DNA of 63,962 bases, from positions 2,752-66,713 of the forward strand of contig JAQVQA010000001.1 in the NCBI GenBank assembly GCA_028701835.1, written 5' to 3'. Position 1 is the first letter of the stretch. Each line of letters starts with the position of its first letter. The DNA is from Candidatus Iainarchaeum sp. (GTDB lineage: Archaea; Iainarchaeota; Iainarchaeia; Iainarchaeales; JAAZKV01). Made by a program: the position numbers and the translations under genes. Positions 8,442-16,207 of this stretch are shown one piece after another. The notes under the pieces were generated by a model. That model was not told where the DNA came from. It searched no databases and worked only from the letters and a program-made list of their open reading frames with translations.

Positions 8442-9179
8442 TTAGTTCTTTTTTAGGACTTGTTTTTTTGAGGGGTTTGTTAAGTTAATTAGACGTTCGT
8501 TTGTTTGTTCTAAACCTAGTTGTGCTTCTTTTAGCATCATTCGTTTGTAAATTAATTGGGGTGTGCTTAATTTACTGTTATTAATTTCGTTTTGTATTCT
8601 TGTTATTCTTTTAGAGTATAAGTTCTTTGCATCAAGTAATTGGTTTGCATATTCTTTTTCTCTTTCACTGAGTGTTTTTTTAATGGTGTGATTTGCTTTT
8701 TTTTTCTTGGGTTTTTCTTTTTGGTTAAGGGCTAGTGTTAAGTGTTCTTTTAAGTTTTCTTCAATTATTCTTGAGTTTTGCATTAATTCTTCTAATTTTT
8801 TTACTCTGTCATAAGTTGTTTGTGCTTTTTGTTCGAATCTTTTTTTTAATTCGAGAGTAGTTGTTTTTTTAGCTAATCCTTTTAATTCACTATAATTCGA
8901 GATTAGAGCCATTCTTTGTGCTGAAGAGAATTGATTTATTGCTTGGACTCTTTTTAGTTCAGCTAGCATTGTTTTTATTGATCTGTTAGGAGCAATTTTT
9001 TTCATTAATTCGCTTGTTTCTTTAAACGCTTTTTGTGTTTTTAAGAGTCTTAATTCTATTTTACTTGGTTTTTTGTATTGGGTTAAGTGTGTGTGGGTTC
9101 CAAAAGTTATTTCGCCTGGTTTTGCGCTTGCACCAAATCTCATTTTTGGATTTATTGTTATTTTGATTTGCTTTGGCAT
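8442..9179 (-). CDS. Hypothetical basic coiled-coil protein
   Basis: 245-aa ORF, K/E/Q/L-rich and heptad-like. No recognisable catalytic motif. Confidence 0.55.
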   Translation of the reverse strand: MPKQIKITINPKMRFGASAKPGEITFGTHTHLTQYKKPSKIELRLLKTQKAFKETSELMKKIAPNRSIKTMLAELKRVQAINQFSSAQRMALISNYSELKGLAKKTTTLELKKRFEQKAQTTYDRVKKLEELMQNSRIIEENLKEHLTLALNQKEKPKKKKANHTIKKTLSEREKEYANQLLDAKNLYSKRITRIQNEINNSKLSTPQLIYKRMMLKEAQLGLEQTNERLINLTNPSKKQVLKKN

Positions 9180-9209
9180 ATTAAATTAATATTTTAAGTT
9201 CTTTTTAAT

Positions 9210-9686
9210 TTAGTGGTGTTCTTCTTCAATAGGTTTTTCAACACTTAACTCAGTTCGTTTATTTTTTTGAGCATAATCATAAATTGCTGCTCTTAGTGCT
9301 TGGTCTCCTAGAACAGAGCAGTGTATTTTTATTGCAGGTAATCCCCCCAATCTATCCATAATGTCTTTTCCAGTTATTTTTAATGCTTTTTCTAATTGCA
9401 TTCCTCCTTTTTCTAAAAGCATTTCAGATAGCATTGAAGTTGAAGCTATTGCACTTGCGCACCCAAAGGTTTTCCATTTAACATTAATAATTTTATTATT
9501 TTTAACTTTAATCCACATTTCCATTAAGTCTCCGCATTTAATGTTTCCTACACTGCCATGCCCGTTAAAGTCTTTAATTTCTTTTTGGTTTTTTAAAAAG
9601 TTTTTTGGTTTTATGAAGTGTTCTTTAACTTTTTTTGAATAAATCCAATCATTTCCTTCTAATTTCATTTTTTTCACCTTCTCCAA
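9210..9686 (-). CDS. iscU: Fe-S cluster scaffold protein IscU/NifU-like
   Basis: GNIKCGDLMEMWIKV...WKTFGCASAIASTSMLSE...IHCSVLGDQALRAAI contains the three scaffold cysteines. Confidence 0.85.
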   Translation of the reverse strand: MEKVKKMKLEGNDWIYSKKVKEHFIKPKNFLKNQKEIKDFNGHGSVGNIKCGDLMEMWIKVKNNKIINVKWKTFGCASAIASTSMLSEMLLEKGGMQLEKALKITGKDIMDRLGGLPAIKIHCSVLGDQALRAAIYDYAQKNKRTELSVEKPIEEEHH

Positions 9687-10858
9687 ATTGGAGAAATTTC
9701 TCGTAAAAATTTAATTGTTTTTTTAAGTTCTTTTACTGTATAATCTATTTCTTTTTTATTAGAGTATTTTCCAAGCGTGAATCGCATGCTTGAATGTGCA
9801 AGCCCGTGGTCTCTTCCTATTGCAATTAGTACGTGGCTTGGGTCAAGTGACTGTGAAGTGCATGCACTTCCTGTGCTTGCTTCTATTCCTTTTTCATTTA
9901 GTCTTAGTAAAATACTTTCTCCTTCCACTCCTTCAAATGAAATATTAATGTTATTTGGGAGTCTTTTTGTTTTTGATCCGTTCAAGTAACTTTTTGGAAT
10001 TTCTTTTTGCATTTTTTTAATAAAATAGTCTCGCAATTGGGTAAGTCTTTTGTTTTCAGATTTTTTTTCTTTCTCTGCAAGTTCAATTGCTTTTGCAAGT
10101 CCAACAATTGAGGGAACATTTTCTGTTCCTGCTCTTAATTTGAATTCATGTCCTCCTCCGTGTAATAAGGGTTCGAGCCCTATTCCTTTCTTTTTGTATA
10201 ATAATCCACTTCCTTTGAATGCATATACTTTGCTTCCATTTAGCGTCATTAAATCTATTTCTAATTCTTTTGTATCTAAATTTAAATATTCAGTTGCTTG
10301 GCAAGCATCTGTATGAAGTATTGTTTTGTATTTGTGACAAAGTTGTGCAAGTTCTTTTATTGGTTGGATTGTTCCAATTTCATTGTTTGCATACATTATT
10401 GAAACCAAAATTACTTCGTTTCTTTTATTTTGTTCACTAATTATTGTGTTTTCCAATTCTTTTAGTGACACAATCCCTTCTTTATTCACGTTTAGTTCAA
10501 TTATATTGAATCCAAATTTTTTTAGCCACTCTAAAGTTTCAAGTACTGCGTGGTGTTCTGTTTTTTGGGTAATTACTGTTCCTTTTTTTCCTTCTAAGAG
10601 TTTTTTGAAAGCAATTCCTTTTATTGCTAGATTAATGCTTTCTGTTCCGCTTCCAGTGAATATTATTTCTTCGGGTGAGCAATTAAGGATTTTTGCAATT
10701 TTTTCCCTTGATTGGGTAACAGCTTTTTTTGCTTCGAGGCCCATGGAGTGAAAACTTGATGCGTTTGCAAAATTTTTTGAAAAGTAAGGCATTATGACTT
10801 TTAGAACTTCTTTTCTAACTGGAGTGGTTGCTGCGTTATCAAAGTATATTTTTTTCAC
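9674..10858 (-). CDS. iscS: Cysteine desulfurase (IscS/NifS family, PLP-dependent)
   Basis: IYFDNAATTPV start, HTDACQA, SGSACTS active-site Cys loop, and RFTLGKY near the C-terminus. Overlaps iscU by 13 nt. Confidence 0.85.
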   Translation of the reverse strand: MKKIYFDNAATTPVRKEVLKVIMPYFSKNFANASSFHSMGLEAKKAVTQSREKIAKILNCSPEEIIFTGSGTESINLAIKGIAFKKLLEGKKGTVITQKTEHHAVLETLEWLKKFGFNIIELNVNKEGIVSLKELENTIISEQNKRNEVILVSIMYANNEIGTIQPIKELAQLCHKYKTILHTDACQATEYLNLDTKELEIDLMTLNGSKVYAFKGSGLLYKKKGIGLEPLLHGGGHEFKLRAGTENVPSIVGLAKAIELAEKEKKSENKRLTQLRDYFIKKMQKEIPKSYLNGSKTKRLPNNINISFEGVEGESILLRLNEKGIEASTGSACTSQSLDPSHVLIAIGRDHGLAHSSMRFTLGKYSNKKEIDYTVKELKKTIKFLREISPIWRR

Positions 10859-10873
10859 AATTTCTCACTTTAA

Positions 10874-11191
10874 TTATTTTTTACCTTTACAATATTTGTT
10901 TGAGTGTTCCATAAACATTTCTATTAAAGTTTTGTTTTTGTCTTGGAATATTTCGCTTTTCAAATAGTATACATTTTTTTTTCCTTCTTTTTTAAAATCA
11001 ACAAAAGAACATTCTCGTAATTGTTTAAGTGAGTGGCTAATTAAACTTTGTTCTTTGTTAAGTTTTTTGCATATTTCAAGAACGGTCAATTCTTTTTTCA
11101 TTAGTAATTGGATTATTCCCATTCTTACTTCGTTTCCTAATACTTCCAAACACTTATATGGTGGGTGGAGTTCACTTGAGTTAGTTTTCAT
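10874..11191 (-). CDS. ArsR/SmtB-family winged-helix transcriptional regulator
   Basis: LEVLGNEVRMGIIQLLMKKELTVLEICKKLNKEQSLISHSLKQLRECSFV is a classical ArsR HTH. It heads the iscS-iscU genes. Confidence 0.75.
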   Translation of the reverse strand: MKTNSSELHPPYKCLEVLGNEVRMGIIQLLMKKELTVLEICKKLNKEQSLISHSLKQLRECSFVDFKKEGKKNVYYLKSEIFQDKNKTLIEMFMEHSNKYCKGKK

Positions 11192-11211
11192 ATGAAATAT
11201 TATTCATATGA
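11188..11211. promoter_or_regulatory. Perfect 9-bp inverted repeat TCATATGAA-N6-TTCATATGA overlapping the arsR-like start codon; candidate autoregulatory operator
   Basis: The palindrome is read directly from the sequence. Its left arm contains the ATG (11189-11191, minus strand). Confidence 0.4.
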
Positions 11212-11289
11212 GGGTTTTTATTCTTATCTCGTGATGTAATTTAATTTAAAGTTAGGGTAAAGCCCTAACTTTTTTTTAAAAAATAGTTT

Positions 11290-11616
11290 TTATCCTTTGT
11301 AGGTTATTTTTTTTGTCATTCCGTCTTCTCCCCACATGTACGTCATTTCCACGGGTTTGTCTTTTTCAAGAATTATTTGTTTGTCTCCTGGGTTTGGTCC
11401 TTTTAGTGTAAAAAACCTTGAGTATTTTACTACTGCTTTGTCTCCTGCAATTCTTGTTACTGTGTATACAACATCTTCATTTCCATTTCCTTGTATTTTG
11501 TCAAATGATTCTCCTTCACTTGCTTCAAAGATTTCGTCTGTTATATCTTTTTTGAATGGGGGCTTCCAAGAGCTTTTTATTGTTCTTACCTCAAATTTTG
11601 CTTTCATGTTTAACAC
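11290..11616 (-). CDS. Hypothetical small soluble protein
   Basis: 108-aa ORF with minus-strand-type (A/C-ending) codon usage. No motif recognised. Confidence 0.5.
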   Translation of the reverse strand: MLNMKAKFEVRTIKSSWKPPFKKDITDEIFEASEGESFDKIQGNGNEDVVYTVTRIAGDKAVVKYSRFFTLKGPNPGDKQIILEKDKPVEMTYMWGEDGMTKKITYKG

Positions 11617-11706
11617 CTTTTTTGATAGGGGAATCCTATCTTAACCGAACAACTAAAAGCGTGTATTCTTTATAAAACTTGCTCTTAATAAGAGGGGATT
11701 TATTCA

Positions 11707-11912
11707 AACAAAATGGGTTTAATATTTTCTTCCCTTGTGGTGTTTGATTTACTCGTTTTGTAACACATCAAAAACTAAAAAAAATGGCTTTTTGATTGGC
11801 ACAAAGAACCTCTAAATACCCTCCCAAGGCTCAAAATGGTAAAACAAAGTTTTGTTATTGCATCTTAAAGCAATTAGCTTTGTTATTGTGCCCCAAGTAG
11901 GGTTCTTCATTT
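11707..11912. repeat. Copy A of a two-copy non-coding element (copy B at 59171-59340)
   Basis: Four shared blocks in the same order and orientation. Block 1: AACAAAAT(G/T)GGTTTAAT. Block 2: a 41-nt stretch (11734-11774) CTTGTG(G/A)TGTTTGATTTACT(CG/TA)TTTTGTAACACATCAAAAA with 3 mismatches. Block 3: TTTTGATTG.CA.AAAGAACCTCTAA. Block 4: AGGGTTCTTCATTT. Confidence 0.7.
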
Positions 11913-12007
11913 TTTTGTTTTTAGGGTGGTAATTTGCTTTAAGTAGTTTTAAATAGCTCTTTTCTTTTTTATTCTTTGTGAGTGTTTTTTAGTTAGGAGA
12001 GTTTGGA

Positions 12008-13090
12008 ATGGTTTTTGAAGATTTTTTTAAGGGGGTTGTTGATGCTGTTGAAAAGAGGCATTCTTTTAATGAGAGAGTGGCTTCTTGTCTTTTGCCTATT
12101 AAAAGGAGTTTGTCTCCTAGTGGGGTTGAGGCTTTAACTCTTCCTGTTGTTAGGTCTTCACTTGATTTTTCAGTTGGGGGTGTTGATTCGGGGTTTGTTT
12201 CAAAGAAACTTTCTTTCATTGATCTTGTTTTGATTAAAACTGCTGGTGTTGTTTTTGATTACAAGAATTCTGTTCTCTCTTCTTTTGATTATTACCCTGC
12301 TCCTTTTTCTTTTCCAGAGCCTGTTCTTTTGAAGAGTGGTCTTGAGAGGGATGAGGAAACTCAGAGTGTTTCGCTTATTCGTTTAGAGAAGGAAGTTTCT
12401 TGTGCTATTAGTGTTATTAAAAAGTATAAGCCAAAGTATTTTTTTGTTGATGGTTCTTTGGTTCCACAGTACCAGGATAAGCCAAGAAAAGATTCTGGAA
12501 TTAATGAGGATTATTTTTCGGTAGTAAAGTTATTTGAGTTACTTTATTCTGTTGCAAAGATTAATTCAACTATTTTGGTTGGTTGTGTTGAGGATTCTAG
12601 AGGAACTAGATTTAGACAAATATTGCAAGAGGAAGTGATTTTGAAGAAGTCTATTAGGATTGATTCTAAGTTACTTGATTCTTCATTTGATGCTTCTTTG
12701 CTTGATTATTATCTTGATTGTGGCGAGCGAACTTTTGCTTTCCCTTATACTAACTCTTCTTCTTCTCACGCAATTTTGAAGGATTATTCTAGTGAGTGGG
12801 CGAATAGTATTTTTGTTTTTTATATTAAGTGTTCTTTGTTTGACAAACCTTTAAGAGTAGAGTTTGTATTAAACAAGGGTAGTGATTTAAAGAGTGTGTC
12901 TGATAGTGTTGCTGGTGTTGTTTTGGCTTTGTCTTCTCTTCATAAAGAATATTCTTTTCCTAGTGTTTTAATTGAGGCGGATATTAGAGCGGGTTTGAGT
13001 GAGCAGGAGATTAATGTAGTGTATGAGAGGTTAGTGGATAAACTTGGAGGAAAAATTAGGTTGAGGCGGAAAAATAGGCCTTTTGGGTAA
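12008..13090 (+). CDS. nurA: NurA-like 5'-3' nuclease
   Basis: VGGVDSGF near the N-terminus, YFFVDGSLVPQY and GCVEDSRGTRF resemble the NurA acidic motifs. herA lies 1.4 kb downstream. GGAGAG precedes the ATG. Confidence 0.6.
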   Translation: MVFEDFFKGVVDAVEKRHSFNERVASCLLPIKRSLSPSGVEALTLPVVRSSLDFSVGGVDSGFVSKKLSFIDLVLIKTAGVVFDYKNSVLSSFDYYPAPFSFPEPVLLKSGLERDEETQSVSLIRLEKEVSCAISVIKKYKPKYFFVDGSLVPQYQDKPRKDSGINEDYFSVVKLFELLYSVAKINSTILVGCVEDSRGTRFRQILQEEVILKKSIRIDSKLLDSSFDASLLDYYLDCGERTFAFPYTNSSSSHAILKDYSSEWANSIFVFYIKCSLFDKPLRVEFVLNKGSDLKSVSDSVAGVVLALSSLHKEYSFPSVLIEADIRAGLSEQEINVVYERLVDKLGGKIRLRRKNRPFG

Positions 13091-13152
13091 GTTTTTTTCT
13101 CTTCTCTTTCTTTTTTAGAAAAGAAGGGAATTAATAGTTTTTAGATCGGATA

Positions 13153-13511
13153 ATGGTTTTAACGATAAGGGGGTTTCTCATAGAAAGCAAGTTCGTCAAA
13201 GAATTGTTAGTCATTTAAAAAAGTGGGGTAAGATTAGTTCGTTGTATCATTTTTTTGGAGAGTTTCCTAGATTGTCTTTTAAAGAATTTAATAAGATTCT
13301 TTCTTCTAATAGTCAAGTTCCTAAGCGTTTATTGCCTCCTGAATTTTCTTTGAGGAGTATTAGAGGTAAGAGTTTTGCTCATTTAATGTTGAAGAAATTG
13401 GGTAAGTCTAATTATAAGAGTGTTTGTTTGGCGAGGATTAGAAAAAAACCTTTTTTTTTAATTTTAATTAGTTATATTAATTTTTTGGAGTATTTTTTTT
13501 ATTATGATTAA
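13153..13511 (+). pseudogene. Small ORF whose only ATG (13153) is one frame off the long open frame (13119-13511); junction at a G5 run (13169-13173)
   Basis: The ATG frame reads MVLTIRG and stops after 21 codons. The other frame reads ...GVSHRKQVRQRIVSHLKKWGKISSLYHFFGEFPRLSFKEF... with normal + strand codon usage, but has no ATG or GTG before the TTG at 13242. Confidence 0.3.
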
Positions 13512-14190
13512 AGTTGTTGTTTTTGATTTGTGGAATACTTTGGTTCCGGCTACTATTGATTGGCCTCACTTGATTTCTTTAATTAAAAAGAATGATTCTG
13601 GTGTTAATAGTAGTGTTTCATCTTTAGGGGATTTCATAAAAAAGTATGAAGAGTTGACTCAGAAAAAAAAGTATTCTGATTATGAGGAGTTGAGGAAAGA
13701 TTTTTTATCAAGTTTTTCTGCTCATGGAGTTGCATTGGAACAAGAATTGTATGAGATTTTTGTTAACAGGCTTGACAAGATTCGTTTTTTTGATGATGTT
13801 GTGTCTACTCTTATTGAATTAAAAAATAAAGGTTATAAGTTAGCTCTTTTAACTAATACAGAGAACTTGGCTTTTTATAAAGTTGAGTCTGTTTTGCATA
13901 TTTCTAATTATTTTGATTTTTTAGGTTTGAGTTTTGAAATTGGTGAGGTCAAACCTAGTCCTAAAATGTTTGAAGCGGTAGTTAATTATTTTAGAGTAGA
14001 GCCTAGTGAGTGTTTAATGGTTGGGGATTCTTTGAGGAGTGATGTTACTGGCGCAAATAATTTTGGAATGCATTCTGTTTGGATTAATAGACCTAAAAAG
14101 AGTTTTGATTTTGCAGAAATTAAGCCTGAGTTTGAATTAAATACTTTAAAGGATATTAATAATGTGCTTGGAGTTTTTTTGAATGGTTAG
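13504..14190 (+). CDS. HAD-superfamily hydrolase
   Basis: Motif I VVVFDLWNTLV, motif II LALLTNT, motif III/IV GEVKPSPKMF...MVGDSLRSDVTGANNFGM. Confidence 0.8.
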   Translation: MIKVVVFDLWNTLVPATIDWPHLISLIKKNDSGVNSSVSSLGDFIKKYEELTQKKKYSDYEELRKDFLSSFSAHGVALEQELYEIFVNRLDKIRFFDDVVSTLIELKNKGYKLALLTNTENLAFYKVESVLHISNYFDFLGLSFEIGEVKPSPKMFEAVVNYFRVEPSECLMVGDSLRSDVTGANNFGMHSVWINRPKKSFDFAEIKPEFELNTLKDINNVLGVFLNG

Positions 14191-14419
14191 TGAAGTTGAG
14201 AAGAGGAGAAAAATTGATAGTGTTCTTTTACCTCCAATAAAGAAAGCAAATGAACTTGCTAATGAATTAAAATTAAAGTCTGATGCGCTTAAAATTGAGA
14301 TGGAGAAAGCACGAGTAGCTGTTAGGGTTAGTAAGGTAAGAAATGCTAAATTAGTTAGATTAAATAAAGGTGTTGGGAAGGGTAGTGTTTCTCGTTTAAA
14401 AAAATTTAAATTAAAGTAA
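14183..14419 (+). CDS. Hypothetical small basic protein
   Basis: 78-aa K/R-rich helical ORF overlapping the HAD gene stop by 8 nt. No motif recognised. Confidence 0.4.
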   Translation: MVSEVEKRRKIDSVLLPPIKKANELANELKLKSDALKIEMEKARVAVRVSKVRNAKLVRLNKGVGKGSVSRLKKFKLK

Positions 14420-14479
14420 TTTTCTTCGGTAATTTACTTCCCCACTAATTTAAAAATAACTAATTAGTTTATTGTTATT

Positions 14480-16012
14480 ATGAGTGAGCAATTAGGTACA
14501 GTTGTTTCTACTATGGAGGGACCTTCTCCAAGCAAAATTTCTTTTGTAGTAAATAATGGTAAAGTGCATAAGGGGATGTTTGTTGAGATTGAGTATTCTG
14601 AAGGAGTGATGGTGCTTCTTGTAGAGGATGTTATTAAGACGAATAGATATTTTGAGAGGCCTGATTCGGTTAAGGTTATTGGAGATGATTTGGAAAAGAA
14701 TTTTCCTTGTGCCGAGTGGGAGTTTTTGGTTGCTAATGCAAAGCCTTTGGGTGTGTTTGTTAAGGATTTTATTCAGAGAACTACTTTTCCTCCTTCTCCT
14801 GGAGCAAGAGTTTTTTGTGCGGATAATGAGCGTATACGAAAATTTTTGTCTATTCAAGTTGATGGACTTAATTTAGGTAAGTTACAATTTCATGATGTTG
14901 AATTGAGTTTGAATCTTTCAAAACTTCTTCAAAAGCATTTAGCAATTATTGCTACTAGTGGTGCTGGAAAGTCTTATTGTGTTTCGGTTCTTCTTGAAGA
15001 GCTTTTGTTAAGAAAAAAAGAGCAGGGGCAAATAGGAGTTGTTGTTTTTGATACTCATGGCGAATATACTTGTTTTGGTGATCCTTTAAGAAACAAAAAT
15101 GAATCAATTGATTTGATTGATTTTTCTTCAAGAACAAGAATTATTGATGGTTCTAAAATAAGAATTGCTTTATCAAAAGTTAGTGTTCATATGTTGTCTT
15201 CTATGGTTGAATTAACGCCTAATCAAAAAAGAGCGTTGGGGCGAATTTTGAATAAGTTAAAAGAAGAGATGAGGGCGGGGGCAGGGCCTTTTGATTTGAT
15301 TGATGTTAAGAATGAAGTTAATAGTATTGATAATGAGAAGACACAGAGTTCTTTGTTTGGAGTTATTAGTGATCTTGAAGAAATAAACATTTTTGGGAAA
15401 ATTGATGAACCAAGTATAATTGATTTTGTTAAACCGGGGCGATTAGTAGTAATTGATTTGAATTTGATTATTTCTGAAAAGAAAAAGCAGGTTTTGGTAG
15501 CATATTTGTCTGATAAATTATTTAAGGAGAGGAGATCTTTTGGTAAAAAAATTCCTCCTTTTGCGTTGTTTGTTGAAGAGGCTCATAATTTTATTCCTGA
15601 AGGGACTGCAAGTGAACATGCTGTTGCAAGAAGTTATTTGAGGACTATTGCAAGAGAGGGTAGAAAATTTGGTGCAGCTCTTGTCGTAATTTCTCAACGA
15701 CCTAAAAGACTTGATACTACAACTCTTGCTAATTGTAATACTAATATAATTTTGAGGGTTACTAATCCTTACGATTTAGATCATATTGCCCAATCTTGCG
15801 AGGGTCTTGATAAGCAGAGTATTAATTCTATTTCATCACTTAGGGTTGGTGAAGCACTTATTGTGGGAGAGGCTGTTGGGGCTCCAACTTTTTTTAAGGT
15901 TAGGAAAAGAACTTCGCAAGCAAGTAGACATGAATCTACTCTAGAAGATTCTGCAAAAGAGTTTATTGCAAATGAAGATAAAACAAAAGAAGATGTTAAT
16001 TCTTTTCTCTAA
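14480..16012 (+). CDS. herA: HerA-type hexameric DNA helicase/translocase
   Basis: N-terminal barrel-like GTVVSTMEGPSPSKISFVV, Walker A IIATSGAGKSY, Walker B-like segment FVEEAHNFIP, and RKFGAALVVISQRP. Confidence 0.8.
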   Translation: MSEQLGTVVSTMEGPSPSKISFVVNNGKVHKGMFVEIEYSEGVMVLLVEDVIKTNRYFERPDSVKVIGDDLEKNFPCAEWEFLVANAKPLGVFVKDFIQRTTFPPSPGARVFCADNERIRKFLSIQVDGLNLGKLQFHDVELSLNLSKLLQKHLAIIATSGAGKSYCVSVLLEELLLRKKEQGQIGVVVFDTHGEYTCFGDPLRNKNESIDLIDFSSRTRIIDGSKIRIALSKVSVHMLSSMVELTPNQKRALGRILNKLKEEMRAGAGPFDLIDVKNEVNSIDNEKTQSSLFGVISDLEEINIFGKIDEPSIIDFVKPGRLVVIDLNLIISEKKKQVLVAYLSDKLFKERRSFGKKIPPFALFVEEAHNFIPEGTASEHAVARSYLRTIAREGRKFGAALVVISQRPKRLDTTTLANCNTNIILRVTNPYDLDHIAQSCEGLDKQSINSISSLRVGEALIVGEAVGAPTFFKVRKRTSQASRHESTLEDSAKEFIANEDKTKEDVNSFL

Positions 16013-16207
16013 AAAAAATATTTTGTAACAAATTAATAAAATAAAATTATTCCAATTAATTAATAATCTTCTTTTCTTGGACACTTTTAATAATTATTCA
16101 AAAATTATTTTTTAAAATCTTTAAAATATGTCCAACATATGATGTTTTAATTACGCCGGAAATTTACTCTCAAAGTCTTTTTAAATAACCAAAAATGCTT
16201 GAATTGT

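Noticed and set aside
11734-11774. C/D-box or H/ACA sRNA reading of the conserved block (GTGATGT, ACA)
   Set aside because: No D box (CUGA) or C'/D' pair occurs at appropriate spacing, and the ACA is not positioned 3 nt from a plausible 3' end. Copy A has GTGGTGT instead of the C-box-like string.
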